64,000 nt of DNA, taken from the NCBI RefSeq assembly GCF_013817205.1, contig NZ_JACDDD010000006.1:14282-78281 (forward strand), in the 5' to 3' direction. Below the pieces are notes generated by a model. The model made no database searches. It worked only from the letters and a program-made list of their open reading frames with translations, and was not told the DNA's origin. Source of the stretch: Polaromonas sp. (lineage in GTDB: Bacteria; Pseudomonadota; Gammaproteobacteria; Burkholderiales; Burkholderiaceae_C). The position numbers and the translations under genes are program-made. Below, piece after piece: positions 9,727 through 23,104 of this stretch. Each line of letters begins with the position of its first letter. Within the stretch, counting starts at the first letter, position 1.

Positions 9727-10617
9727 TCAAGAGTTGCGGGCAGTCTTGAAGGGGTTGAAACCGGTGATCAATGCCGTCGCGGTCAGCACCAGCACGCAGC
9801 CCGGCGCCATGCCCCAGGTGACCGGCTCGCCCAAAAACAGGCCGCCCCAGGCCACACCGAAAAGCGGGATCATGAAGGCGGCCGAGGTGGCTGCGCTGGC
9901 CGGAATCTCGCGCATCAGGCGCATGCTGATCCAGTACATCAGGCCCGAGGTGAAGAGGCCCAGCACCGCCACCGAGATCATCGCGCCGGTGCTGAAGGTC
10001 GCCGTCGGTACGCTGACGCCGGCCGGCACCAGCAGCAGCGCAACCGCCGCCACATGTACTGCGGCTGAAGCGGGCAGGGCGTCGTGCTCAAGTGTCGCGC
10101 GTTTCATCAGGATAGCGCCCACGCCATAGGCAGCGGCGGCGCCGGTGCAGGCCAGTGCGGCCAGCACCACCGGCGTGCTGACGGCCACCGGGCCCAGTTG
10201 CACCAGCAGTGCCACACCGGCAAAACCGATGGCGCAGCCCAGCAGGCGGCGGCCGCTGAGCCTTTCCTCACCCGCAGCGGCGGCCGCCAACACGCCGAAC
10301 AGCGGCGCAGTCGCGTTTAGCACCGCCGAATAACCGGCCGGGATCACCAGCGCGGCCCAATTGAACAGCACAAAGGGCGCGACCACCGTCAGCAGGCTCA
10401 ATAGCGCCAGCCTCGGCCAGGCGGCGCGCGCCGGCCACTTCTGGCGCAGTACCCGCATCAGCACCGCCAGCACCAGTGCCGCCAGCACGCAACGCAGGCC
10501 AGCCAGCAACCAGGGGCCCAGCGCGGGGCTGGCGATGCGCAGCAGCGGAAACGAGCCGCCCCAGAGGGCAGACAGGGCAATCAACTGGATGAAATGACGG
10601 GTTTGCATGGGATGCAA
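9727..10617 (-). CDS. DMT/EamA family transporter
   Basis: LWGGSF, PLFG repeats, about 10 TM segments. Confidence 0.9.
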   Translation of the reverse strand: MHPMQTRHFIQLIALSALWGGSFPLLRIASPALGPWLLAGLRCVLAALVLAVLMRVLRQKWPARAAWPRLALLSLLTVVAPFVLFNWAALVIPAGYSAVLNATAPLFGVLAAAAAGEERLSGRRLLGCAIGFAGVALLVQLGPVAVSTPVVLAALACTGAAAAYGVGAILMKRATLEHDALPASAAVHVAAVALLLVPAGVSVPTATFSTGAMISVAVLGLFTSGLMYWISMRLMREIPASAATSAAFMIPLFGVAWGGLFLGEPVTWGMAPGCVLVLTATALITGFNPFKTARNS

Positions 10618-10703
10618 GGATTGTGCGCGATCCGGTCAGCGGCTGCTGCCACCTCCACCTGCATGCCGGATAATCCCTTCTCACCCACTGAAAGCCTGAG
10701 TCC

Positions 10704-11150
10704 ATGAAAACAATCCTTGTCCTCAATGGTCCCAACCTCAACCTGCTTGGCACACGCGAGCCCGCGGTTTATGGGGCTCAGACGCTCGCTGATGTGGAAG
10801 CCCTGTGCGCAAAGGCCTGCGCGGCCCACGGCTTTTCGCTGGACTTCCGCCAGAGCAACCATGAGGGTGTGCTGGTCGACGCCATCCACGAAGCCGGGCG
10901 CGCCCAGGCGGACGGCACGCTGGCCGGCGTGGTGTTCAACGCCGGCGCCTACACCCACACCAGCGTGGCGCTGCATGACGCCGTCAAGGGCTCGGGCGTG
11001 AGCATGATCGAGCTGCACATCAGCAATGTGCATGCTCGTGAGGCATTTCGCCACCACTCTTATCTCTCGCCGGTCGCCAAGGGCGTGATGGCGGGTTTCG
11101 GTGTGCAGGGTTATGCACTGGCCATCGCCGCGCTGGCCGGCATGGGCTGA
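10704..11150 (+). CDS. aroQ: Type II 3-dehydroquinate dehydratase
   Basis: [48 protein letters not shown]. Confidence 0.97.
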   Translation: MKTILVLNGPNLNLLGTREPAVYGAQTLADVEALCAKACAAHGFSLDFRQSNHEGVLVDAIHEAGRAQADGTLAGVVFNAGAYTHTSVALHDAVKGSGVSMIELHISNVHAREAFRHHSYLSPVAKGVMAGFGVQGYALAIAALAGMG

Positions 11151-11167
11151 CCGGCGCGGATTTTGCC

Positions 11168-11578
11168 ATGTCCACCTTGCCCAAATACCCGGTGGACGAG
11201 CGCGAGGTCGAGTTCAGCGCGATACGCGCACAGGGCGCTGGCGGGCAGAACGTCAACAAGGTGTCCAGCGCGATTCATTTGCGCTTTGACATCATGGCCT
11301 CCTCGCTGCCCGAGCAGATTCGCGAACGGCTGATGTGCCTGAGCGACAGCCGGATCACGCAGGAAGGTGTGTTTGTGCTGAAAGCGCAGCAGCACCGCAC
11401 CCAGGAGATGAACCGCGCAGACGCGCTGGCCCGCTTGCAGGAAGTCATTGATAGCGTGTCGGTGCCGCAAAAGGCACGGCGCGCCACCAAGCCGACCTAT
11501 GGCTCGAAGCAGCGGCGCCTGGCCGGCAAGAGCCAGCGATCCGAAATCAAGAGTTCGCGCGGAAAAGTCAGCGAATAG
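11168..11578 (+). CDS. arfB: Alternative ribosome-rescue peptidyl-tRNA hydrolase
   Basis: GAGGQNVNKV GGQ motif, basic tail RRATKPTYGSKQRRL. Confidence 0.95.
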   Translation: MSTLPKYPVDEREVEFSAIRAQGAGGQNVNKVSSAIHLRFDIMASSLPEQIRERLMCLSDSRITQEGVFVLKAQQHRTQEMNRADALARLQEVIDSVSVPQKARRATKPTYGSKQRRLAGKSQRSEIKSSRGKVSE

Positions 11579-11602
11579 GCCGCTTCACCGAAGTTCATGA
11601 TG

Positions 11603-11656
11603 TTTTGAGGCTCCAGCCCTCGTGGTACGGGCGTAAGTAGCTATCAAAACAATAGC
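11603..11656 (+). repeat. Family A repeat, copy 3
   Basis: TTTTGAGGC-TCCA-GCCC-N9-GGGC-N7-GCTA-N9-TAGC. Confidence 0.85.
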
Positions 11657-11702
11657 TATGTTGTGTGCCGATAATTGTGGTTTCGTGACTGGAGCCCATG
11701 AC

Positions 11703-12380
11703 ATGCCCGACCTTCCTCTTTCGTTTTTGCATCGTCCTGCAGATCCGTCGATTGCCGCGCCCTGGTTGTTGGTGCTGATGCACGGCGTGGGCAGCAACGA
11801 AAAAGACCTGTTCGGCCTCGCGCCTTATGTGCCGGAGAACTTTCATGTGCTCAGCCTGCGCGCACCGTACGCCATGGGAGCAGCAGCCTATGGCTGGTTT
11901 GCCTTCACCGTCGATGCCCGGGGCGAGCGAACCATCAACGAGGCCCAGGAAGCCGCCAGCCGGGGCGTCGTTGCGGCAACCCTTGCCGCCGCAGCGCAGC
12001 ACCTGGGCATTCCATCAGAGCGGGTGGTCGCCGGCGGTTTCAGCCAGGGCGGCATCATGGCGCTGTCGCTGCTGCTCACTCAACCGTATTTGATGCACGC
12101 CGCCATGGTGATGCACAGCCGCCTGCTGCAACAGGTTGTCGCGCTGGTGGCCCCGGCTGAGGATCTGCAAGGCAAAAAGCTCTGGCTCAGCCATGGCACG
12201 CACGACAACGTGATTCCGCTGGCTGCGGCGCATGTGATCCGGGGTTTGGTGAAGAAGTTGCCGCTTGAACTGACTTACGCCGAGTATCCGAGCGCGCACG
12301 AGATTGTTCAGGAGGAATTGAGGGCGGCGATGGCGTGGTTGCAGGGGCTGTTTGCAGTCCCCGCGGATTTGATGAAGTGA
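11703..12380 (+). CDS. Phospholipase/carboxylesterase (alpha/beta hydrolase)
   Basis: HGVGSN, GGFSQGG nucleophile, HGTHDNVI, HEI. Confidence 0.9.
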   Translation: MPDLPLSFLHRPADPSIAAPWLLVLMHGVGSNEKDLFGLAPYVPENFHVLSLRAPYAMGAAAYGWFAFTVDARGERTINEAQEAASRGVVAATLAAAAQHLGIPSERVVAGGFSQGGIMALSLLLTQPYLMHAAMVMHSRLLQQVVALVAPAEDLQGKKLWLSHGTHDNVIPLAAAHVIRGLVKKLPLELTYAEYPSAHEIVQEELRAAMAWLQGLFAVPADLMK

Positions 12381-12462
12381 CACTGCCGGCCTTCCTTTTT
12401 TATGGAAGACGTGCCCGCTGACGGCTACAACTGCTGGTCCGCAAACGCCCGCATCGGTGGGG

Positions 12463-12960
12463 CTACTTGGCAGCCTTCGCCTCGGCGATGGACTGTGCCA
12501 TGATAGCTTTCATTTTTTCCATCATGGGCGCCATGCGTACTTGCATGATGCTCATGGATTTTTCCATGACCACCGGCATCTTCCGGACGAATGCCTCGCC
12601 TGCGGGGCTTTGGTAGAAAGCAATCAGGCCGTTTATCTCTTCCTGTGTGAAACTTTCCTGGTAAATCTGGATATAGATGGGGCGCATCCTGGGCCAGTTC
12701 ATTTCTTCGCGCATGACCTGGATGAACTTGGCAGGCGCCGCGTCCAGAATGCGCATCTGTTGCGCCGAAAGCTTTTCTCCTGGGATGGCCGCCATCATGG
12801 ACTGGCGCATGGACTGCTCCATGTTCACAAACAGAGTGTCCATGACCGTGTCGGTTTTGGTGACGGCAAGAAGGGTGTGGATCGACGCTTCGCTCGGTGG
12901 CGCACAGTGGGCCGCGCAGGAAAAAGTGAAACAAGCGAAAAGAGCGATGATTTGACGCAT
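12463..12960 (-). CDS. DUF2059-family exported protein
   Basis: Signal peptide; IYQESFTQEEINGLIAFYQSPAG. Confidence 0.8.
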   Translation of the reverse strand: MRQIIALFACFTFSCAAHCAPPSEASIHTLLAVTKTDTVMDTLFVNMEQSMRQSMMAAIPGEKLSAQQMRILDAAPAKFIQVMREEMNWPRMRPIYIQIYQESFTQEEINGLIAFYQSPAGEAFVRKMPVVMEKSMSIMQVRMAPMMEKMKAIMAQSIAEAKAAK

Positions 12961-13039
12961 GAGTGGCTCCGGCAGGCGGTGAAGGTTTGTGCTCGGGCGT
13001 GTTGTTGTCCGCGAAAATGCCAACAAGGGCCCTGCCATT

Positions 13040-13855
13040 CTAGGCGGCACTGCGCCCCTGGCTATCCCCCAAACGGAGGAGAAAGCGCGATGCCAGCGCT
13101 TCACCGAGGCGCCACAACAAGCCCGGCACCGACGCCACGAGCAAGGCTGCCCCCGTCACTGTCAGCAGCCCCAGTACCACACTGCGAAAAGTTGCCTCGC
13201 TGATGCCGATGTAGAGCCGCGCGCCCAGCAGCGACGGAATCAGCATCGCTGGCGCAACGATGGCGAAGTAGGGCAGGGTGGCGGTGGTGACGACGCCGGT
13301 GGCGATGTAGCTGGCAAAGGTGACGGCCAGCAGGGCGAGGTTGAAGTTCTGGATGATGGCGCGCTGGCTGTCCTTGTCCATGCCGCGCAGGGTGCACCAG
13401 AGCGTCGGGACGACCCCGGTGAAGCCGCCGAAAGCGCCCGTAAAGCCGCCGCCCGCACCAATGAAGGCGTCGGCAATGCGCCCACCGCGGGTGATGCGCG
13501 GCAACTGCGCAGCGAACATCATGGCCGGGCAGGCGACCACCAGCAGGCTGCCCAGCAGGGCCTTGAACATCAGCACGTCCAGTCGGGGCAGCAGCAGCAG
13601 GCCCAGCGGCAGGCCCAGCAGGCCACCGAGCACAAAGGGCGCGAGTTTGTGGATATCAAAGCCACGCCGCACGGTGACGGCGGCGATGATCTGACCGGTC
13701 AGCGAGTCGAACACCGCCATGGCCGCGGCCAGGCGCGGGTCAATGGTCCAGGCCCAGAAGGACATGGACACCATGCCAAAGGCAAAGCCGGACAGGCCCT
13801 GCACAAACCCGGCCACGACGGCGCCCGCGATGATGATCAGCGTTTGTGCATCCAT
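13040..13855 (-). CDS. Sulfite exporter TauE/SafE family protein
   Basis: AGFVQGLSGFAFG and GGFTG repeats. Confidence 0.85.
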   Translation of the reverse strand: MDAQTLIIIAGAVVAGFVQGLSGFAFGMVSMSFWAWTIDPRLAAAMAVFDSLTGQIIAAVTVRRGFDIHKLAPFVLGGLLGLPLGLLLLPRLDVLMFKALLGSLLVVACPAMMFAAQLPRITRGGRIADAFIGAGGGFTGAFGGFTGVVPTLWCTLRGMDKDSQRAIIQNFNLALLAVTFASYIATGVVTTATLPYFAIVAPAMLIPSLLGARLYIGISEATFRSVVLGLLTVTGAALLVASVPGLLWRLGEALASRFLLRLGDSQGRSAA

Positions 13856-13873
13856 GCGGCAGCCGGCGCCGCG

Positions 13874-16846
<2,973 letters not shown>

Positions 16847-16947
16847 GACGAGGGACTTTCTAATGCCGTTCGCCATGAGCTTGTCGAAGGGTGCCATTAA
16901 AGAGGCAAGCTTCGACAGGCGCAGCCCGAACGGGGTGGAGAGGTGGT

Positions 16948-17316
16948 TTATGCGTTGGCGGCAAAGCTGGTGTAGGCAGCTTCATCCAGCAGCGAATCAA
17001 GCTGCGACTTGTCAGCCAGCTTGACCTTGAAGAACCAGCCGGCGCCAAGCGGGTCGCTATTGGCGAGTGAGGGGTCGTCCCGCAGGGCTTCGTTGACTTC
17101 AGTCACCTCGCCGCTGATCGGCATGAAGACGTCGGCGGCGGCCTTGACCGACTCGACCACGCCAGCCACCTCTTTCTGCGCAAAGCTGCTGCCGACCGAG
17201 GGCAGGTCCACAAACACCACATCACCGAGCGCATCCTGGGCGTGGGTGGTGATGCCGACGGTGGCAACGTCGCCGTCGAGCTTGATCCATTCGTGGTCTT
17301 CGGTGTACTTGAGCAT
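16948..17316 (-). CDS. gcvH: Glycine cleavage H protein
   Basis: [30 protein letters not shown] lipoyl lysine. Confidence 0.97.
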   Translation of the reverse strand: MLKYTEDHEWIKLDGDVATVGITTHAQDALGDVVFVDLPSVGSSFAQKEVAGVVESVKAAADVFMPISGEVTEVNEALRDDPSLANSDPLGAGWFFKVKLADKSQLDSLLDEAAYTSFAANA

Positions 17317-17354
17317 GGTCTTCTCCATTGAGTAAAAGTTGAAAGATGAAAATT

Positions 17355-18569
17355 TCAGCCGCGGAAGTAACGGGCGGGCACAAAAGGCATGGCCCTGACT
17401 TCCATGGGCACCGGCTTGCCGCGCACCATGGCATTGACCCGCGTACCGATGACTGCGAAGGCCGGCTCGACATAGGCCATGGCTACGGGTGTGTCTATCG
17501 TCGGCCCGAGCAGGCCGCTGGTGACTTCGCCGATGCAGCGACCTTCGGCATTGTGCAGTTCGGTGTGTTCACGCACAGGCACGCGCTCGAGTGCGATCAG
17601 GCCCACGCGCTTGCGGGCCAGGCTGGCGGGAGTGTCAAGCTGTGCCAGCACCTTCTCAGCGCCCGGGAAGCCGCCCGCACGTTCGCCGCCGGTGCGGCGC
17701 ACCTTCTGGATCGCCCAGTTCAGGCTGGCCTCGACAGGCGTGGTGCTGGTGTCGAGGTCGTTTCCGTAAAGGCACAGGCCCGCTTCCAGCCGCAGCGAGT
17801 TGCGCGCACCCAAGCCAATCGGTTTGACTTCAGGCTGGGCCAGCAAGGCGCGGGCCAGGGTATCGGCCTGGTCGGACGGCACGGAAATTTCAAAGCCGTC
17901 TTCTCCGGTGTAACCGCTGCGTGTGAGGAAGCAGTCGCAGCCGGCCACGGTAAAACGCCCGCCGGTCATGAACACCAGTTGTTCAACGCCAGGGGCCAGG
18001 CGCGCCAGCGCAGTGACCGCCTGCGGCCCCTGCAGAGCCAGCAGCGCCATGTCGGGCATGGGAATGACCTCGCATCGGCTGCCGATTTTTTGCTGGATGT
18101 GCGCGATGTCACCTACCTTGCAGGCGCCATTCACGATAACGAAGATATTGCCCCCACGCTTGCTCACTGCGTGTGGCTCGCTGCCTCCCGAGGGGGCGCT
18201 CGCGTCTTGGGGCGGCCCGGCGACGCTTCGGTCCTCCCCGAGATTAAAAAACATCAAGTCGTCGATGGTGCCGCCTTCGTCATTGAGCAGCAGGCCGTAG
18301 CGCTGCTTGCCGACGGCCAGGCCGATGACATCCACAGGGATCAGGCTCTCAAGCGCGGCGGCGGCATCGGGCCCCACCAGGCGCAACTGGCCCATGTGCG
18401 AGACGTCAAAGAGCCCGGCGGCGCTGCGGGTGTGATGATGTTCGGCCATCAGGCCGGCCGGGTACTGAACCGGCATCGAATAGCCCGCAAACGGGACCAT
18501 GCGGGCGCCCAGTTCCAGGTGCAAGGCATTCAGAGGTGTTTTTGACAGCGGGGTATCGGTGGCGGACAC
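17355..18569 (-). CDS. gcvT: Glycine cleavage aminomethyltransferase (T protein) with in-frame repeat insertion
   Basis: [33 protein letters not shown]; GTG start after GGAG. Confidence 0.97.
   Translation of the reverse strand: MSATDTPLSKTPLNALHLELGARMVPFAGYSMPVQYPAGLMAEHHHTRSAAGLFDVSHMGQLRLVGPDAAAALESLIPVDVIGLAVGKQRYGLLLNDEGGTIDDLMFFNLGEDRSVAGPPQDASAPSGGSEPHAVSKRGGNIFVIVNGACKVGDIAHIQQKIGSRCEVIPMPDMALLALQGPQAVTALARLAPGVEQLVFMTGGRFTVAGCDCFLTRSGYTGEDGFEISVPSDQADTLARALLAQPEVKPIGLGARNSLRLEAGLCLYGNDLDTSTTPVEASLNWAIQKVRRTGGERAGGFPGAEKVLAQLDTPASLARKRVGLIALERVPVREHTELHNAEGRCIGEVTSGLLGPTIDTPVAMAYVEPAFAVIGTRVNAMVRGKPVPMEVRAMPFVPARYFRG
18150..18222. repeat. Palindromic element, family B, in frame inside gcvT
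   Basis: GCCCCCACGCT...CACTGCGTG...TCGCTGCCTCCCGAGGGGGC...CTTGGGGCGGCCCGGCG. Confidence 0.9.
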
Positions 18570-18620
18570 AGGCGTTCTCCGGGGGCAAATAGACAACATG
18601 GCCATCAAACCATGGGCTGC

Positions 18621-18836
18621 CCCTGCTGTCCGGTTTACCTGAGAGATTCACCCGGCGATGCGGGCTTGCTCCTTCGGTGGACGGCCTGCGAGGCCGCCTC
18701 TCTCCAGTAGGGAACGCCCACCGCACGGGTGCCAGAGGGCGGTTGCCAGTCCTTTTGCCTGAGCGTTCAAAGCACCATTGGGGGTGACTCATGCGCCTTC
18801 GGCGGTTTTCACGCGAAAAACTCTCTCCTGACGCGG
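18621..18836 (-). ncRNA. Tandem glycine riboswitch
   Basis: Two aptamers on minus strand: CAGGAGAGA...CCGAAGGCGCA...CTCAGGCAAAAGGACTG and CTGGAGAGA...CCGAAGGAGCAA...CTCTCAGGTAAACCGGACAG, directly 5' of gcvT. Confidence 0.95.
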
Positions 18837-18858
18837 CAAGTGTAGCTGAAGGCCCGCC

Positions 18859-19437
18859 TCAGTCCGCCTGCTCATCAGGCAGCAGCATGGCGATGCGCTC
18901 GCTGATGGAGTCGGCCCGTTCGTGGCCCGTGATCTTCTCGATTTCCTCGATCATGCGGCGCGATGCGTCAAGCATGGCGTCGCGGTCCCGGGCGTCGCGC
19001 AAAGCATCGCGAAAGGTTGCGGCCAGTTCGGGATGCTTCCTGGAAAACATGCGTTCGCAGATATCAAAGAGGAACATGCGTGTAGTGGCCAGCGACCGCT
19101 TGCCATCAAACTGGTCCGCTGATACCCGGGCGGGCGCTGGTGGAACCGGATGGTTTCGGGAAAGCGGCAGGCTGCCAGGCATCGCGCGCTGCGGTTTTTC
19201 TGCCACTGGCTCCGGGGGGCGAGCATCCTCTGCCGCCTTGCCGGACTGGACCTGCAGAAAGCCTTCGCGCAACATGCGCAGGGCGATTTCCTCGCCGTCA
19301 CCGTTAAATAGCGGCCGGAAGTCCATCACGGACTTGTTGCCATCGGCCAGCAAAAGCAGCGTGCGCTCGCGCTGGCTCAGCGTGCGGTTTCCTGATTTGA
19401 GCTCGGCCCGGGCGCGATCTGTCTTGTGGAGCTGCAT
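18859..19437 (-). CDS. Hypothetical protein (possible N-terminal HTH-like segment, Pro-rich linker)
   Basis: 192-aa ORF filling the gap; no family recognised. Confidence 0.7.
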   Translation of the reverse strand: MQLHKTDRARAELKSGNRTLSQRERTLLLLADGNKSVMDFRPLFNGDGEEIALRMLREGFLQVQSGKAAEDARPPEPVAEKPQRAMPGSLPLSRNHPVPPAPARVSADQFDGKRSLATTRMFLFDICERMFSRKHPELAATFRDALRDARDRDAMLDASRRMIEEIEKITGHERADSISERIAMLLPDEQAD

Positions 19438-19615
19438 GGGTCGTCCTGAACGGTGAGGCCCCCATCATGCATACACAATATGACACCTGTGTGAAGCGTG
19501 GTCGCGTAGGTGGTACGCACCCGGCCGTCTGCCATCGGGTCAGCCGGCCCAAGGGCACCGGGTCTGGCATGGCCTGGTGCTGAGGCGCGGCGGTGTGGTG
19601 CGCGCCGCTGGGGCC

Positions 19616-21301
19616 TTACATGCCGCTGTAGTTGGGCCCGCCACCGCCTTCGGGCGTAACCCAGACGATGTTTTGCGTCGGGTCCTTGATGTCGCAGGTC
19701 TTGCAGTGAACGCAGTTCTGCGCGTTGATCTGCAGGCGGTCGCTGTTGTCCGGATTTTTGACAAACTCATACACGCCGGCAGGGCAGTAACGCGACTCGG
19801 GGCCGGCGTAAGTGGCCAGGTTGATCTGGACCGGCACGCTGGCGTCTTTTAGGGTCAGATGGGCGGGCTGGTGTTCTTCATGGTTGGTGTTGGAGACAAA
19901 CACCGAACTGAGGCGGTCGAAGGTGATCTTGTTGTCGGGCTTGGGATAAACAATCTGCGGGCACTCCGACGCCGGCTTGAGCTTGGCGTGGTCGGGCACC
20001 TTGTTGTGGATGGTCCAGGGCGGCGCCTTGAAACCGAGTTTGGGCAGCAGCCACAGTTCGATGCCGTTCATGATGGACGACAGGTACAGGCCTTTCTTCA
20101 TCCATTGCTTGGTGTTGCGCGACGCATCCAGTTCTTCAAACAGCCAGCTCTTCGCGAAAGCTTCAGGGTAGGCGGTGAGCTCATCATGCTGGCGCCCACC
20201 TGTCACCGCTGCGTACGCCGCTTCCGCTGCGAGCATACCGGTCTTCATGGCTGCGTGGCTGCCTTTGATGCGCGCAAAGTTGAGGAAACCCGCTTCGCAG
20301 CCCACCAGCGCTCCGCCGGGGAACACGGTTTTGGGCAAGCTCATCAAGCCGCCGCAGGTGATGGCGCGTGCGCCGTAGCTGATGCGTTTGCCGCCTTCAA
20401 GGTATTGGCGAATAGCAGGGTGGGTTTTCCAGCGCTGCATTTCTTCAAACGGGCTGAGCCATGGGTTGCTGTATTCAAGCCCGGTGATAAAACCCAGCGT
20501 GACCTTGTTGCCCTCAAGGTGGTAAAGAAAGCCGCCGCCGTAGGTCTGGTTGTCCATGGGCCAGCCGAGTGAGTGCACCACGTGGCCGGGTTTGGCTTTG
20601 GCCGGGTCAATCTCCCACAATTCTTTGATGCCAAGCGCATAGGTTTGCGGGTCTTTGCCGGCGTCGAGCTGAAACTTTGAGATCAGTTGCCGGCCCAGGT
20701 GCCCGCGTGAGCCTTCGGCAAAAATTGTGTACTTGCCATGCAGTTCCATACCTAGCTGAAAACTGTCGCCGGGCTGGCCGTCCTTGCCGATACCGAGGTT
20801 GCCGGTGGCCACACCTTTGACCGAGCCGTCCTCGTTGTACAGAACCTCGGCCGCGGAGAAGCCGGGAAAAATTTCAACGCCCAGAGCTTCGGCCTGCTGG
20901 CCCAGCCAGCGCACCACGTTGCCCAGACTGATGACGTAATTGCCTTCGTTATGCAGCGATTTGGGAATCAGGAATTGCGGCGTGCCGAGCTTGCCGGTTT
21001 GGCTGAGAAACAGCATCGCGTCGCCGGTGACGGGCTGGTTCAATGGTGCGCCGAGTTCTTTCCAGTTGGGAAACAACTCGTTCAGTGCGCGCGGGTCCAT
21101 CAGCGCACCACTCAAAATATGGGCGCCAGGCTCCGAGCCTTTTTCCAGCACCACCACTGACAGCTCCGTGCCTTTTTCGGCGGCAAGTTGCTTCAGGCGG
21201 ATGGCGGTCGCCAAGCCGCCGGGGCCGCCGCCGACCACGACCACGTCATATTCCATGGCTTCACGGGGACCGAATTGGGCGAGGATTTCTTGGTGGGTCA
21301 T
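19616..21301 (-). CDS. Electron transfer flavoprotein-ubiquinone oxidoreductase
   Basis: GGGPGGL FAD motif, EKGSEPGAHILSG, YCPAGVYE, NCVHCKTCDIKD 4Fe-4S. Confidence 0.96.
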   Translation of the reverse strand: MTHQEILAQFGPREAMEYDVVVVGGGPGGLATAIRLKQLAAEKGTELSVVVLEKGSEPGAHILSGALMDPRALNELFPNWKELGAPLNQPVTGDAMLFLSQTGKLGTPQFLIPKSLHNEGNYVISLGNVVRWLGQQAEALGVEIFPGFSAAEVLYNEDGSVKGVATGNLGIGKDGQPGDSFQLGMELHGKYTIFAEGSRGHLGRQLISKFQLDAGKDPQTYALGIKELWEIDPAKAKPGHVVHSLGWPMDNQTYGGGFLYHLEGNKVTLGFITGLEYSNPWLSPFEEMQRWKTHPAIRQYLEGGKRISYGARAITCGGLMSLPKTVFPGGALVGCEAGFLNFARIKGSHAAMKTGMLAAEAAYAAVTGGRQHDELTAYPEAFAKSWLFEELDASRNTKQWMKKGLYLSSIMNGIELWLLPKLGFKAPPWTIHNKVPDHAKLKPASECPQIVYPKPDNKITFDRLSSVFVSNTNHEEHQPAHLTLKDASVPVQINLATYAGPESRYCPAGVYEFVKNPDNSDRLQINAQNCVHCKTCDIKDPTQNIVWVTPEGGGGPNYSGM

Positions 21302-21425
21302 GGGGGGGCTCGCTGATAATGAATTGCGTAAGGTTTCGTTCGGGTTCACAGGTATAGCAACTGATTTTATTCTGCTAACGTCAGCCGCAGGTAAGACGCT
21401 AATCTCTAATCAACAGGAGTTTGCC

Positions 21426-22208
21426 ATGGCTTACAGCATGGATTTGTCGGGAAGGGTTGCCCTGGTGACAGGGGCCTCGGGAGGGCTGGGCGCGCAGTTT
21501 GCCAAAACCCTGAGCCGTGCTGGCGCGGCCGTGGTGCTCGCCAGCCGGCGCATGGACAAGCTAAAGGAGCTTCGGGCGCAGATCGAGGCCGAAGGCGGTG
21601 ATGCGCACGTGGTGATGCTGGATGTGACGGACACGGCCAGCATCAAATCAGCTGTGGCGCATGCCGAGACCGAGGTGGGCCCCATCGACATCCTGGTCAA
21701 CAATTCTGGCGTCAGCACCACGCAGCGCATCCAGGATGTGGGGGAGGAAGACTACGATTTCATCTTCAACACCAATGTCAAGGGCGCTTTTTTTGTTGCG
21801 CAGGAAGTGGGCAAGCGCATGCTGGCGCGTGCGCGTGGCACCGCGCCCGGTGCTTTCTCGGGTGGCCGCATCGTCAACATTGCCTCCATGGCGGGCTTGC
21901 GCGTCTTGCCGCAGATTGGCGTGTACTGCATGAGCAAGGCGGCGGTGGTGCAAATGACCAAGGCCATGGCGCTGGAGTGGGGCAAGTTCGGCATCAACGT
22001 CAATGCCATCTGCCCCGGCTACATCGACACCGAGATCAACCACCACCATTGGGAAACGGAGCAGGGCAAAAAGCTGGTGCAAATGCTCCCGCGCAAGCGC
22101 ATCGGCAAGCCTGAAGACCTCGACGCACTGCTGGTGATGCTGGCCAGTGGACAAAGCCATTTTGTCAACGGCGCGGTGATTGCCGCCGATGATGGTTTCG
22201 GTATCTGA
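21426..22208 (+). CDS. SDR family oxidoreductase
   Basis: TGASGGLG, NNSG, YCMSK; AGGAG SD before ATG 21426. Confidence 0.93.
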   Translation: MAYSMDLSGRVALVTGASGGLGAQFAKTLSRAGAAVVLASRRMDKLKELRAQIEAEGGDAHVVMLDVTDTASIKSAVAHAETEVGPIDILVNNSGVSTTQRIQDVGEEDYDFIFNTNVKGAFFVAQEVGKRMLARARGTAPGAFSGGRIVNIASMAGLRVLPQIGVYCMSKAAVVQMTKAMALEWGKFGINVNAICPGYIDTEINHHHWETEQGKKLVQMLPRKRIGKPEDLDALLVMLASGQSHFVNGAVIAADDGFGI

Positions 22209-22211
22209 CCC

Positions 22212-22631
22212 ATGAAAATAGAGATTCCCGAGAGCAAGAAGCTGGTCTTCGAGATGCGCCTGCCGATCCGCTGGGGCGACATGGATGCGATGGGCCATGT
22301 CAATAACGCCAGCTATTTCCGTTATCTGGAAACAGTGCGCATCGACTGGATGTATTCCATCGGCTGCGTGCCAGACCCGAAAGGCGAGGGCCCGGTCATC
22401 GTCAATGCCTTCTGCAATTTCTACAAACAACTGCAGTACCCAGGCGATGTGCTGGTCAAGATGTACGCCAGCGACCCGGGCCGCACAACGTTCGAAACCT
22501 GGGGCACGATGGAGCGCTCCGACCAGCCCGGTGTGATTTGCGCCGCTGGCGGCGCCACCACCATCTGGATAGACTTCCCGAGCCAGAAGGCCAAAACATT
22601 GCCTGCTTGGCTGCGTTCTCTCGTCACTTGA
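22212..22631 (+). CDS. Acyl-CoA thioesterase (4HBT hotdog fold)
   Basis: RWGDMDAMGHVNNASY. Confidence 0.92.
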   Translation: MKIEIPESKKLVFEMRLPIRWGDMDAMGHVNNASYFRYLETVRIDWMYSIGCVPDPKGEGPVIVNAFCNFYKQLQYPGDVLVKMYASDPGRTTFETWGTMERSDQPGVICAAGGATTIWIDFPSQKAKTLPAWLRSLVT

Positions 22632-22672
22632 AGCGAAATCGGCACTCCGCCCTTCATTTACGGCAATAGTTT

Positions 22673-22689
22673 GCTATAAAAAGAGTAGC
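22673..22689. repeat. Family A terminal box only
   Basis: GCTA-TAAAAAGAG-TAGC with degenerate flanks. Confidence 0.5.
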
Positions 22690-22717
22690 AAAAGAACTGT
22701 CTTGAATGGTACGGTGC

Positions 22718-23104
22718 TCAGGCTAAACCGGACCTGTCGGAAGTCTTGGCAGGGCGGGCCTTGCGCAGAAGCAGCACCGCCGCCGGGGGAAAGACCAGCC
22801 AGAACCCCGAGGCTGGCATCAGCACCACGCCCACGCACCCCAATACCAGCAAGGCCCAGCCAATTGGTTTCAGGGCCTGGGTGGCGTGTTGCTTTTCAAG
22901 TGCGGCAACCGTCAGACCCAGCATAAACAGCCCCGCACCGAACAGCACAAACCAGGTTGCTGCCGCGCGCTGCGGATCTCCAGCAATGCTGTTGTAAAAG
23001 CCGCGGCCCGCGATGTCGAGCAGCGGTCCGCCGTACTTCCAGGGGGCATACACGGTGTGCAGCAGCGCGATGGCCATCAGGCAGCGGCCGATGGATATCT
23101 TCAT
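22718..23104 (-). CDS. Small membrane protein (DUF6463-like)
   Basis: ALLHT...WFVLFG...MPASGFWL; overlaps upstream gene by 4 nt. Confidence 0.65.
   Translation of the reverse strand: MKISIGRCLMAIALLHTVYAPWKYGGPLLDIAGRGFYNSIAGDPQRAAATWFVLFGAGLFMLGLTVAALEKQHATQALKPIGWALLVLGCVGVVLMPASGFWLVFPPAAVLLLRKARPAKTSDRSGLA

Noticed and set aside
13040-13120. Extended TauE C-terminus as a lost stop codon
   Set aside because: Cannot be separated from natural tail variation without an alignment
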